From positions 5,084,001-5,148,000 of the forward strand of contig JBHGNT010000001.1 in the NCBI GenBank assembly GCA_043228905.1: DNA of 64,000 nucleotides, written 5' to 3'. The position numbers and the translations under genes are program-made. Positions 41,401 to 55,162 of this stretch are shown here, one piece after another (position 1 is the first letter of the stretch; each line of letters opens with the position of its first letter). The notes under the pieces were generated by a model. That model did no database searches. It was not told the origin of the DNA and saw only the letters and a program-made list of their open reading frames with translations. The stretch is from Azolla caroliniana (taxonomy: Eukaryota; Plantae; Polypodiophyta).

Positions 41401-44400
41401 CCATACCCTGTACAAAATCCATTATGTGATATAGGTACTGCTGTCAGAAAGCTAAATTACTTTGGCAACATATAAGAGAGGAATTCACCATCACAGTTGA
41501 TTCAGCCATTGATGAATACTGTGATACATAGGGGGGGGCAACTGAAAAGGGTAGGCTTGTTTGTGGTCTGCTGAAAAAATCCTGAATTTTTTTTAAAACA
41601 GCAATCCAAGTTACATAAGTTACAAAGATGCAACAAATAGAGAACACATACAGAAAGATGAAAATGGAAACTTTGACAGTTCCAAGGACTTTGAAAATGA
41701 AAAAGTATGAATCCTACACAGCTGACAACATCCCATCAATCTGAAACAAGAAAGGATATTATTAACGATGAAAATGAGCTTTTCTTACCTCAGGAAGCTC
41801 TTGTGTTGCAAACGATTTTGCTGCTGTTGAGTGTGTTGCTCCACTGCTAGAAGAGGCAACAGGTTCTGGCACTACTCCAGTTTGCATAGCTGGTGGAAGA
41901 CTTGGAGGAAAAGCATCCCAAATCTGAGAGGCAAAAGTTAGAAAAACAAATTCAACCATCTTACCAGAATCCATAAGCCTGTTAATGCCTGTATCGATAT
42001 TTACCAATTGTGTATGTCAGTGCTCATGTATGGGCACATATCATATATGTGTGTGCGCATGTACATACACACATATATGGTATAGGTATATAACAGGCAT
42101 ATATGTGTAAGTGCCTTCGTATCAATAAATACAACTACCATATATATAATTATGCAATTACCTGGGATCCTGCTGGTGGAATAGATGCAGCCATCAAAGG
42201 AGACCAGTTATTTGCATGCAGGTCAAGAGCTGGAGCCATAGGAGCTGCAGACCATTCAGTTGCCCATGGTGTATTTCCATTCATATCAGCTGTCGGTTTG
42301 TTAACACCTGAAGAGATGCCTGGAACAGATGGTGAAACACTAGTTGTTGTGAAGGAGAATGGTTGTTGTGGAGGTGAAACACTGGTTGTCGAGAATGTAT
42401 CAAATGATGCCCAGCCAGTGCTACTTGATGAAGTGGCTGATGGCTGAGACACTGTGCTCAGCCCAAAAGGATCAGTCATCTCTGTAACTGCTGTTGTTGC
42501 TGGGGGGGTCGGTTCTGACAAAAAGTCAATTAAGCTTCTAGAGCTCTCTCTAGTCAAACTTGTAGGCCCCGCTGCCACACTGCCTTCAACAGAACTAAAA
42601 CTACTTGAGGATCCAAATCTTTTACCTCCATTCTGTGGTGAAAAAGAGCAGTTGACAGTTGAGATATAATAGAAAGCAGTTCATCATAAGAAGTTATGTT
42701 TATATTAAAGTTTTCCAAAGTTCAAAGTGACCAAACTGAGAGCAAAAGCTTAGATCCATGAGAATTTTATAAATAAGTGAAAATGTACCGAGTTCAATTT
42801 AAAACACGTATGCACTTATTAGATGGGTCAAAGAAAAACAATTTTATACCTGACCAGAACGGGATTTTTCCGCATCTTGACCACCATTGGTTTGATTACC
42901 ATGAACTTCCACTTGAAGATGTGGAATATTATCACCCAGAATTTCCTTCACAGGTATAACAGGTGGAGGACTTCCATACTCCCTATTTCCTTTCTCACTT
43001 GAAAACTTCTCAACCCTTCTATCGTAGTTATCTTCATAATGCTTTCTATCACGATACTCATTGTGAGGCCTTTCGTCATATCGGCGATGATCATTATTAT
43101 TTCGGCCATATCTATTTTGTTCAGTTTCAAACCGAGCAGGGCTTCTCCTTTCATTATACTCAGATCTCCTGTCATCATGGCCCACATTTGAGCGCCGAGT
43201 CCCTGTTGGACGGGTATCATATCTTTCTTCATATGTAGGACTCCTGGAATCTGTCCGATAATTTGACCGTGATTCAGAGCGGCGACCATCATTTTCATAA
43301 TCACCCTAGAAAATGAGAATATGATATTCAGATATTGACCACATTATAAATATAGCTATATATATTGACCACCATATATGATTTAGGCATCATCTGCAAC
43401 CATTACAAATGCTTGAAACATAATAGTGGCAATGCAATCCCTCTATATATAATAGTAATGGAGTTGTTAGCCTAAACACTCATTTCTACCATCATTAACA
43501 TGACAGACACAAATTAAGAGAATTGCTTTGGAAAATTCTGAAGAGACCTGGATGAGGATCAATTATAACAACCTCAAAATTGGCACTAGTATAACCATTC
43601 ATTCATTTTGAAAATGCATCATATATAGTTTGGTCAAAATCAAATAGGCAAACCAATTCCTATATCGTTTCAAATATTCATTGGGAAAGTAAAAATGTCT
43701 CTACTGCTACTAATGCTGTCCAAACACAGTCAAAAAGAAAGAAAGTTTGTAGTTTTAAACAGTACCCCTCTCCCTTCAGCAGATGCCCTTTCTCCAAAAA
43801 AGCGTTTCTCAACGTAAACCATTTTAATGAACTCTCTTAACCTGTCTATATTGCTGCAAACAAACAGAACAACCCCAATGCAAATCTTCAGTAAAGCCAA
43901 ACTTTCAGCGGGTAAAGTTGCAAAGCTGCAAAGCAGCAAAACAGAGTTTTTGATCAAGTAAATAACCTGCTATCTGGTAAAGGTTGGCGCTGGGAATCCC
44001 ATCCCTTGAAATAAATTTCTCGTCCACGCTGTCATCAGTCAAAGCAGAATAGTCATGTTAAATAGCTATTTTAAGACATGCTCATAATTCACAACCACAC
44101 ATGCGTTTGCGTTGTTTGCTCAACCAAAACAATGTAGAGTCCTAATATGAGGTGAGCAACTAATAAGAAATTTGGAGATTTTCTGTACATATTTTTTGTT
44201 CCACTTGGTTGGAATGCAGAGAAGAAAAGGACACTCTATTATCCCAAGGCCTCTCCTAATCTCAATTTTATATTGAGCATGTCTATATGATTCAGCACCC
44301 ACATCCAGTTTTTCTACCAGAATTCCACCCAAAAATCCGTCAGGGGTACACTGTTTGCTCAACCAAAACAATGTAGAGTCCTAATATGAGGTGAGCAACT

Positions 44401-46133
44401 AATAAGAAATTTGGAGATTTTCTGTACATATTTTTTGTTCCACTTGGTTGGAATGCAGAGAAGAAAAGGACACTCTATTATCCCAAGGCCTCTCCTAATC
44501 TCAATTTTATATTGAGCATGTCTATATGATTCAGCACCCACATCCAGTTTTTCTACCAGAATTCCACCCAAAAATCCGTCAGGGGTACACTGTCAAATCC
44601 TGAAGTCCCTCATAGTCTCATCTTTACATTCAACATATCTATAAGGATTCAAGGGCCCAGATAGTTTCATGGAACTATCAGTTTTTCTAACTATGTTCCC
44701 CCCCTGAATTCATTGGTATGCCAAGTCCCTGAAGTGCTAAAGGCATTCAAGCTCGATGGAGACATGATAGTCTACCCACAACTACACTATTCGACAAACA
44801 ATTGAAGTAGTATTGCAAAATGCATCTGGTTATTATGTATACCTCATTACCACCATTCTCCAGATTGGCCACTTCTTCTGAATTGAACTTTGACATTGAC
44901 ACAGATTTTACACGATGCGTAAATTCTCGGCTGCAGCCAGTATATGCTGTCAGAGCTAAGCAGATATATAGGTAGATGTTACCTTTAACTAGCATTTACA
45001 TGAAGAAAGCACTTACTGGATTCCACTGCATTGTGTACAAATAAAGGTAGAAAAGTTCAAGCACACATATTGAGGACCCTGCCAAACATGATCAACGAGA
45101 TTCAGAGACATGTTCAGTAAGATATCCTTCTCATAAATGCCAAAAAATTGAATTTTACTTATTTAAAGTTGTGTCGCATCATCCTCAATACCTTCTGGAT
45201 CGCCATTGCAGGCCTACTAGCTGAATTTTTTTCAGAAATTCCTATTTCAAGATCCTTTTCTTTGTTCCCACCAAATCTTAAATTTTCATTGTCCTCTTTC
45301 CAAATTAGAAATATCCAGGCATACCATTTGATAGTATGCAGAGGGTTAAGCCCCAATAAGAAAATGTGTCCACAATTTTCACATAGTAAATAACCAGTAT
45401 GCAGAAAAAGTTCACCCCATTTACTCAAAAGCCTGGCTGAATATTGTGAGCATGCTGACCATCCCGTTTATAAAGCGAGCAAAATATTACAACATTATGT
45501 AATTTTCCCACTCAATGTTTATAAATTTGTGGTATTTTAACATAACCTCTTATCATTTGATATAAATAAAATCGTCTCCTACTAAATTGTTATACTAACT
45601 TACGATTTATTATTTCATAATACATTCTTAGAGTTTTCTATTATTTCATTCAGGCAATGGATCACTTTCCCCGACAGAATTATTTTTCCAACCCTTTCTA
45701 TGGCTTTTTAATCCCATTTCTGCTGTCTGGAAAGTTTTTAATCGCTTTTCTGAAGCCCTATCTAAATAGCCTTCTTTTATCAAATTTCTGCAGCCCTAAC
45801 TAAAAGCCCTCTCTTTATCAAATTTCTGAAAACCTAATAAAAAATCTGCTTTCATCAAATTTCTGCAACCCTAACAAAAAGTCCTCTTCGTCACATTTCT
45901 ACAACCCTAACTGAAGGACCTCACTTCACTTTTTCTTGCAACTCTAACAGAGACCACTCAAAATTTCACATTTGATGTTCTACTTTACGAAGTAAAGTTA
46001 CCAAGGTAGTGAGAGAGGATATATGACAGCATACCAGGCTGTTACAGTTGATGCATCTTCGATTTGGTGTCTTCTTTAGCAGATTCCTTACTGCCTTCTC
46101 GTTTTTTTCATCCATTTTCAGTCTAGTCGCCAT
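38471..46133 (-). CDS. ARF GTPase-activating protein, AGD14/AGFG-like
   Basis: MATRLKMDEKNEKAVRNLLKKTPNRRCINCNSL|GPQYVCLNFSTFICTQCSGI|HREFTHRVKSVSMSKF..GGNE (C-x2-C-x16-C-x2-C-x4-R), LREFIKMVYVEKRF, SLIDF, WASFD, QELPE, NPFD, C-terminal GNPFG*. About 12 coding exons; 5'-UTR intron likely ~46150-46554. Confidence 0.92.
40329..41235. mobile_element. Non-autonomous hAT element (MITE), 907 bp, in an ArfGAP intron
   Basis: TIR TAGGGATCGGCAACGG / CCGTTGCCGATCCCTA; perfect 8-bp TSD TGTACCAG (40321-40328, 41236-41243); AAACCGG/AGCCG subterminal repeats; CT-rich tandem core. Confidence 0.97.
44113..44593. repeat. Apparently perfect 239-bp tandem duplication in an ArfGAP intron
   Basis: TGTTTGCTCAACC starts at 44113 and 44352; ORFs 44120-44371 and 44359-44571 give identical peptides; TGT microhomology at the junction. 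Confidence 0.95.
45745..45950. repeat. Degenerate ~37-bp minisatellite (~6 units, TTTCTGCA.CCCTAA core)
   Basis: Recurring TCAAATTTCTG(C/A)A.CCCTAA units. Confidence 0.75.
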
Positions 46134-47363
46134 GCTTCTGAGCTCTCTGAAGGTGCAGCAGCAGAGATCGAGAAATCAATCAAAGTTAAGGAAATAGGAA
46201 GAGGAGAAGGGGGAACGGGGAACGGGAAGAGAAAAGCATCATCAGAGATTCAACTTCTTCTACTGCGCCAAGAAAAGTTTGAAATGGAAAAACAACGTGA
46301 ATACATAGTAATCAAAACTATGAATTCAAAGAAAAAGAAAATACAAACAGAGAGGCATGGATCTTATCCGCAGAGAAACTGAGAAGCTTAGATATAGAGA
46401 AATAACGGGGGTGAATTCAAAGCAAAAGCAACACAAAAGAAAAGAGAAAAGAGACTTTATACGTAATCGACCATTTATGCAGACAGACAGACAGAGGGGG
46501 AGAAGAAATGAAAGATAATACACAGAAAGACGGCAAGAGGATGTCGAAACTCACCTGACGAAAAACGTTTGATGATCAGTTGGAGATCTGCAGAGAACGA
46601 GAAGGAAGAGACGTTTTCAGATGCCAAAAGAAAAAACGGAGAAGTCTCGGAAACCCCTTGATTATCCGAACTGTGGAACCCTAAGTTTTCGAACAGAGAA
46701 ACCTTAATTCTTCGAAGAAGAAGAAGAAGAAGGAGCTCCAGCTCCAGGAAGAACAGGAGAGAGAGAGAGAGATGAAAAATAATCATAATAAACATAATAA
46801 TAAAGAAGCCGGTAATTATTTTTAATTTACCGCCACGTGTCGGAAACTATTTAATCCCCATTAGATACCTTCCACTTTTTTTCCCTCTCTCTCTCTCTCT
46901 CTCTGTCTCTTGTCTTTCAATGGTTTTGTTCTTTTTTTATATGTTGTGTGGGCATGGATCCCCTCCATCTTATGTATCCATCCATCACTCATCTCCATGT
47001 TTCTATTTGTATTTCTGTGCATATATGGATTATTGCGCGCTCTATGTGTGTGCAGTTTATTGTGTATCAATATGAAGCATTGTTTGTTGTATGTTCGTAT
47101 GTATGTCTGTTTGTCTATGTAGATGCATTGATTCTTTGTGTGTATGGTGTTTCGAATCGTAGGCATATTACCATGTTGCATTTAGCATTCATGCGAACAT
47201 CACCTTACGTATAATATAATTCTTCTTCTACATATATTCCTTGGAACTAAGTACGGTAGGAAACATCACATTAGAGAAGAGCTACGTTGGATAGGTCATA
47301 TATTCAAGCATAGAGACAACAATTATCATATCTGATATATCACGTAGCTTCACAAAGCATACG

Positions 47364-47901
47364 TAACAATCGGCAACAGTTTGGTTTGAACCGAACCGAA
47401 CCGCGAAACCGCAGTTTAACAGCTTAACGATTTCAACGGTTCGGTTCGGTTCAGGCTTAGGTTTTTATTAACGGTTCGGTTCGGTTCAGGCTTAGGTTTT
47501 TATTAACGGTTCGGTTTCAACAGTCAAAAACCGCAGTTTAAACGGTTTAACGGTTTTTAATTTTAATTTTAATTTTTAAAAATTTAAAGAGTTTTTTAAA
47601 AAATCTAAAATTTGTTTTTAAACAATATTTTCATTTTCAGACCTTGTTCTCACATTTTAGGAACATCTTAAAAATTTTAAAATTTTAAAAAAATGAAATC
47701 TTATAAATTTAAAACAATTGAAAACCGAAACCGAACCACAAAACCGCAGTTTTACAGTTTAATGGTTTAATGGTTTGAAAAATGTTTCATGGTTCGGTTT
47801 AACGGTTTCGTGGTTCGGTTCAGGTTTCAAAAAAATTAAACGGTTCCATTCCAAACTGGTTCGGTTTGGACCCTCTCAAACCGAACCGTTGCCGATTGTT
47901 A
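47364..47901. mobile_element. Non-autonomous hAT MITE, 538 bp, upstream of ArfGAP
   Basis: TIR TAACAATCGGCAAC / GTTGCCGATTGTTA; perfect 8-bp TSD AGCATACG (47356-47363, 47902-47909); CGGTT/AACCG subterminal repeats. Confidence 0.95.
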
Positions 47902-50900
47902 AGCATACGCATGCTTTGTTCAAATTTTGTCCACTCTCTATATGCAAATAAGTGTTGACTAGTGTAGTCTTGGGTATTTGTAACAGATTTCCCATGTTCC
48001 CACATGCAAATGGGTAACATGGATGAAGTAAATGAAGGGATGGAAGTACAAATGTTTGTCTACATAAACACTACAAACTTCGAGAATAAGTTCATTCAGA
48101 ACTTTGTGGCGATATGTGTCCCACGTTTGAATAATGTCCTAACAAAAATGTTGGCCAACAATGAACACAAAAATGGTATGAAATACAAGTTGCGAACTAT
48201 ACAGTCTAGACTCTACATAAGCTCTCACAAGAGAGTACTAATGCAATCAAATGTTTTTTGTCGTTGTTTGTATAAGGCCACTCTAACCATGGGGAAATGT
48301 GTATTGAATGAAGCAATACAAATAGAAAGGTTTCTTATAGGAGGTAACTATGCCTTCCGAGGCATAGACAAACATTAGTTTTGGTGTGTACGACCCCCTT
48401 ATGTTAGTGCACAAAGAATGCATTTATACTTTAGGTTTTAAGCCCTTGAGATACAATCACGCTTACAAAAAATAATAACATGCCAATGTGAATAGTGAGC
48501 CTTTACACCAAACATTGAATTGAATTAACGATTTTTGCTTGTGCGCAAAGAATGTATTTATACTTTAGAGTTTTAACTCATAGAGATGCATTCACACTTA
48601 GAAAATAAGTAATAGCTGGCCAAAGTGGACAAATTGTGTCCACATCCAACATTGAATTCAATAAACAATTTCAATAGCAATGTAGTGGCCCATGGAGGTC
48701 AAGGGAAAAAAATGCAATAATAAGATAAAATTCGAAAAATCTAAGCGATGCCAAGAGAATTTCACAAATGTATTTTTTCATTTGAGATTTATGCATGCAT
48801 GTACATGCATTTAGAGATGGTAATGGTGGCAATGTGAGTGAGCACTAGAATTGAAACAATATCTTAGAGTTCAATTTTAATACTTATTTCGATTGTGGTC
48901 TTTCCTTCAACACGTTTAGAGATGAGTCCAAAAGGTAGGTGATGTTCTTTGACCCCATTTAGAGATGGGGCCAATTTTAATACTTCAAGCGCTCTTTCCT
49001 TTGCACTTGAAATGAAAGAATATCCCCCAGTCCAATCTTAAGACTACGAATATTACCACTTTTTCCTCTGAACTGCAAGATAATGAAAGAATACAAATTT
49101 TTTGTCGTGCATGCACTTAAAGAGCCATGGTAATGTTATAGGAGCAATGAGTATTATTTCAAATATTTATCTTATTATAAATCTTTCTATCCTCGAGCTT
49201 TGACCTTTATTAACTCTTAGCTATGAGTATATGGAAATGTATCAAGAGTAATTAAAGAATCCCTTTCATTGCACATTTTGCATGTCGTTTTGCTACTTAT
49301 CATTCCTTCAATGTTGCTTTACACTTACTTATAGATAACTTGATAGAATAGATTGTTTGGGGATTTATGTGAACAACACCATGTTCAATACATATGAAGG
49401 TATCATTGGTGTTCAATGACATCAGAAAGGTTGCATACTCTAAAAGTTCCCATGATAATAAATTTACGATCACAATTATGACCCTGTCAAGAATCTCAAC
49501 TTGTGTATGTGACGTAACACAAATCATGGACATGTATTCATAATGAGGGTAGAGATTTGACTCACCTCCTAGCTATAAAGACAATATGAGCTCTTGTCCA
49601 AGCTAGGAGCTTTTAGTGAACATGGTAACCTTGGGCCCAATAATCTATACCTAATGTTAACATGAGAAAAAATAGTCAAGCGCAAGAGTCTAATATTTTG
49701 GTGATCACTTGATAATTTGTCCAATTAAAAGTTTATCCACATGTCAAATTACTTTGCCAACCTTTCATTTTAGGAACCCCATTTACATGTCTATAGATGT
49801 ATCATGTAACTACCACTACATGACAAAGTTTATAATTGTGATACTATCATGAGTCATGACAATCCTGAAGCACAACAATCTCAAAACCCACCAATTTCTA
49901 GCTCTTAATAGATATATTAATATCACTTTCATCGGAACTAGATTTCAATGCTTGACTAACCTCATGACACTAATCAATGTCAAATATAAATATGTATGTT
50001 AATTGGTAACTTATGTGTTTCAACTTTTCTCAAATGCAACATTTATTTAAAACGTAAAAATACATTAACCAGTACATATGATTCTCCATCTAAACCATCG
50101 TTACTTCCATCCTTCTTGAATTTTCTTCACATGCATCCTATTGCAACGAAGGGCTTTTGTGCATTCCATCCTTTCTTGATCAAGTTTCCTAGCTTTTACA
50201 ACAAGCTTGGAAAACAAGTGAATTGAAACATATATATTACAATAATATAATATATATCAATGCAAATCTCCGTCTGATTAACTACACCATGTCAATTTTG
50301 TTCGTTCAATATGTGGTATAAGTGCATATTCAAATGATTCTACCATTGTCAATTCAATACAACTAGAAATTTCTTACTTTTTATCATCCCATTTACACTT
50401 TTCGAAGTTCTTCTAAAATTAGTAGGGCTACTTCTGCTTCTTCTTGTTTTGCAACATATTCTATGCTTGATGTCATTGGCTTAGACCAATTGACATTAAT
50501 GGAGCTGTTGTAGGTAAAAGAGGTGTGCAACATGAGGTTTTTAGGTAAATGAATTTATTTAAATATACCCAAAATAAAGGATGAGGTTATTCATGTCAAC
50601 ATAGGAGTTCAATTTGACTTAGTCAATTCCTAATCTTGATTACTTTGTCATCAATGCTCATAAATTTATTTCACATACCAATTCTCCTCTACGCTTCCAT
50701 GTTTCATGACTCGTGGAGTCCTTTTTTGCTAATGTATTGTCCAGAATAACCTATGTATCGGTGCTCATGAAAAATATTATTTTTAACAAGAGATGGTGCA
50801 TGACCTCCACCAAGTTTTTTTTATATTTAGCGAGTCTCAAAAGCTAGACAAATACAAATAACCTGCTTGTTCATGCTTTCACCTAAATGCATACAATTTC

Positions 50901-51689
50901 TAGTTTCCCCCACCCAGTGTCTTAGATTACCAATTTAAATTAGAAGCTTGCTCAATGCTAAACATATTTAACACACCCCATATATTTGATAATAATCAAT
51001 ATTCATGTAGTTAATTTATTCTTTTATATAACCGAAATTCGGTCAATTCCAGCAGTCGGCTCTATTATCCATGTCCAAACTTCAAGACTCATAAATTCTA
51101 ATGAAACTCATCATTAATTTGAGGAAACATTTTGGATATCCTCTTTTACAAATATGCAGTAGTACTCTACTTACAATAAATATAACTTGCAAATCCCTTT
51201 CCAAGGTGAACTCTAAAATCTATCATTTTTTCATAAAGTTTGTTGTGAAAGACATTTGTCCAGAGCTTTGGTCACTATTAGCGTCGACTATTCATTGATG
51301 GGGCAAATGATTATTTATCATCAGGTTTTAGGATTGGCTCTTTTATTTTCAAAACAAATTATCCTTCCATTAGTTATAAATAAAGGTCATGGTCATAACG
51401 ATATCATACAAAGTATTTTTTCCCAAACCCGTTTTGTGTAGACAACGGTTAAAGAAACAAATCTATGTACTCCAACATAGAGAAAATAGTCTAGTAATTA
51501 CAATCTATTCCCTAGACACCTTGCAAGGTATCCATATCCATAGGCAACAACGAAAGTAGCTCTATTCGAAAACAAACCCTCTCAAGTCGTAGTGATGAGC
51601 CATTCAATACTTCTTCAACCTGTCCATCTCGGATTTGAAGGTGATCAACTACGTTCTTTGGTTTTTCAAGAGAACCACTTTCCACATTC

Positions 51690-52670
51690 GTGGCTGTAAA
51701 GTCAACAACTATGCTTCCTCTTTCCCCATTAACCATCTTGCCGGATTACCACCAAATTCTTGTACATACAACAACAAATTAAGCCAAGTTTCCTCCTCTC
51801 CTTATGAGCTTATTCTTCGGCCCCCACACCATCATCACTTGTCCTTATCAAAAAACATAAAAAACTACTTTGTTAAGTCCTCATCAACCATCTTGCCGAA
51901 TACCACCAAATTCTGCACAGAAACAATAAAATGTGTCTAAATTCCTAATCTCCTCATGGGAATGTGTTTCAACCTCCACACCATCATCACTCATCCTTAT
52001 CCAAAACATAAATTCTACATCAGTAAGTCTACATCATCCATCTCGCTGAATACCACCAAAATCTTGCACATACAACAATACATGAGTCTTTTTTCCTCAT
52101 CCCCTCATGAGAATATGCTTCGCCAAAAACATACATTTTGATTCATCCTTATCCAAAAACATACATTTTGATTCATTAAGTCCACACCAAGTCCTCGCGG
52201 ATTACTGCCAAAATCTGTACATACAAACAACTAAATGAGTCTAGTCTTTTCAATAGATTATGCTTCAACCCCCACACCACCAACACTCATCCTTATCAAA
52301 AACATGCATTTTGCTTCCTCAAGTCCACATCAAACTTCTTGCCGATTACCGCCACAATCTTGTACATACAAACAAGTTAGTTTTCTGAAGAAACTATACT
52401 TCAACACCCACACCCACACCCACACCCACACCACCATCACTCATCCTTATCAAAAACATGAATTGTGCTTCAATAATCCACATCAACCATCTCACTCTCG
52501 TTGTTTTACCACTAAAATCGTGTACGTAAAAAAACAAAGTGACACTACTCTCCTCGTCTCTCATTAAATTATGTTACAACCCTCAACACCATCATCACTC
52601 ATGCTTATCCAAAATCAGAAAATGCTTCATTTTCCACATCCACCATCTCGCCCTTGGCAGTCCACAGAAC
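51690..52670. repeat. Degenerate tandem array, ~140-160-bp units, ~6-7 copies
   Basis: Recurring CACACCATCATCACTCATCCTTATC.AAAACAT ... AAGTCCACATCA ... GATTACCACCAAA..TTGTACATACAA. Confidence 0.75.
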
Positions 52671-53734
52671 TACCCAAATCCCATCTGCCTCTTTTATGTT
52701 CTTCCTAACAACCAGAGATATTAGAAGAGATGTGAGGCGGGTCGAGGGAAGTTACACCATAACTCCCTCTGTGCATTGACTCAGGTGCCCCTCGGTGATC
52801 TGCCATCGCTCGTTTCTCTGCTCACACCAAAGTCTTCTTTTTTAGGATTGGCTTTTTAAAGCACATTGCCATCATTTTTACTTCATGTTGTGGGGAATGC
52901 CAATGTCAACATCACAAAGCCATTTTCAACGTCCAAATAGTAGTGTTTTGAGTGCATTATCCAAACTATAATAATATAGAGTTTCTACTATGAAATTCGA
53001 AAATACAACATTAAACTCATTGCGTTAGAGTTGAAATGTAACCTTATATATAGTTTCCGTAGGTAAAGGTAATATGTTTTTAGACAATGATGCCTTGCTA
53101 TTTCAGCCACGATTTATAATAAATGGATTTCGAGATTTTGTTGTAAAATACTTTTCAAACGTGAATCATAGGTATATCTTAGATAGGAATTTTATACGGA
53201 TTACAAAGAAGCAATTCTTTGTCTATGTGAAATTAATTGATAGGTACCTAAATTACAAGGCAAAGCTACCAATTTTTTATCCTTGGGTTTTTCATGTGCG
53301 CATGTAGAAGCCATTTTTAGGGGCTAACATTGTCATACATCAAACCTGTTGCTTGAGATTTGAGCCTACAACTTTAAGCACAATTGTACCATTAATTGTA
53401 AGAATATTAATATTTAAACGGAAATACATATATGAGGATTAAATTGATAAAGTCTTTGAACACACAATGTCTTCTTTATTGATAGTTTTCAATCTTTGTA
53501 TTGTAGTAAAGACATTTCTATTATAAGATATTGTTATTGCTCTAATGATTAATCCTTGGGTTGTGAGAAGTTAATAATCATAAGCACTTTTTTGTGAGAA
53601 AATGTGGTTATATGCATGATTTCAAGGTGCCCTCATTTTCAACCTTTGGAAAGTTATTATAAAGGTTTTTTGAAAATGTAAATATGCCATTGTGCATGTT
53701 TTCAAATTGAATGTATTCTCAAAACCACTTCCTC

Positions 53735-54070
53735 ATACACACTCTTCCCCAATGTGATCACGTAGTGTAGGCCATAGGGACATACTATCTTTAACACAAA
53801 CAACAACAATTCTATAGTTTCATCAACTTACATTCTAAACATGTATTGTTACAATAAAAATGGAAAGTTTTTTTATCTAGGGTTCACACATCAATGCATT
53901 TGATAAACCCTTACAAGAGGACCTTACACACTCTTCCCTAATGTCTTGAGTTCATGTAGTGTAGGGGCATGAAGTCACTTAACAATAATCATTCTTTAGT
54001 TTTACTCTAAACATGTAAGTGCAAAGTTTTTGATCCAATGGTTACACAAGAATGCATTTGGTAAACACTT
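53735..54070. repeat. Diverged ~190-bp tandem duplication
   Basis: ACACACTCTTCCC.AATGT..GTAGTGTAGG..CTAAACATGTA..AATGCATTTG occurs twice. Confidence 0.7.
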
Positions 54071-55162
54071 GAAGATATGGAAATATCACACACCCAAGTA
54101 GAATTTCAATCAACTTATAACATGTAAACTTGACCTATAATATTATGCACAATAACTACATAATTTTAAGTCAAATAAAAATTAAACACAACCTAAGTTG
54201 AATCCTGAAGATTTACCGTCTTAGTAAATATATATCATAACAAGTACTGTGGTTCGATGAACATTATTTGATCACTTTGATGATCTCATTTCATCAATGA
54301 CAAGACAATAAAGTAAATCTTATCTGCATACAGAACTAAGTACCATCGTATCAAATTCTGCCCATGCATTTAAATACAATTAGGGAAGATAATTTGACTA
54401 GGCTCCTTAATTATTGATTGCTTAATAGGTTAATTAAATCCAATGCCCTTAAACAATAGCTATCTACACTTTGCAATCAAAGTTATCACTAACATGATTA
54501 AAAACGAAATACAAGGTCAAATCAGTATTGGGTATATTCAATACCAAGGCTAGTATTGATATTTCTAGAACAAACACCTAGTATTGATCAAACGATTTAC
54601 AAAACTTTGAATTGGACATGCGATCTCGTATTTCGTGAACAAAACAGTTAGTGGGAACAATGAGCCAAAAAAATAAATATGCAAGAAACTAATCATGCAA
54701 CTATGACACAAATTAGCACTGATGCTTTCATGCTCAAATGAGGATAGTACATGATAGTTAATTACAACTTCGAGCTACAGTTCACGTGATTGTGATTGGA
54801 AGGAATCAATTGAGCTACAAAGACCACTACTTCCTAAAGACATGCCAAGCGAATCATGATTTTTATCTGCACTGACAAAACATTGCACACAATTTGTTAT
54901 TGACTTGGTTTTATTCCCTGAAATGCTTACCTATGCTACTTTGGTAACATTCAAATGCTTGAAACCTGAGACTAATGCTAATTGTGTTCCTAAGTAATGC
55001 CATGGATCACAAATTTGTGTTTTTGAGTTTACTAAATAAAACCTATTTTTCTCAAAATAAATTATAATGGCAGCTACCTATTCAAAAACATTTAATTAAC
55101 TAATCAATCAGAGTCTAAAAAGTACAACATTATATGAAGTGCCAAAAGAATGCATTTTGCAT

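Noticed and set aside
42103-43304. Antisense and alternate-frame ORFs over ArfGAP exons
   Set aside because: Shadows of low-complexity coding exons, with no motifs.
47902-51500. Hidden gene in the long intergenic region
   Set aside because: Only short motif-less ORFs; no consistent exon chain found by eye. Probably decayed TE sequence.
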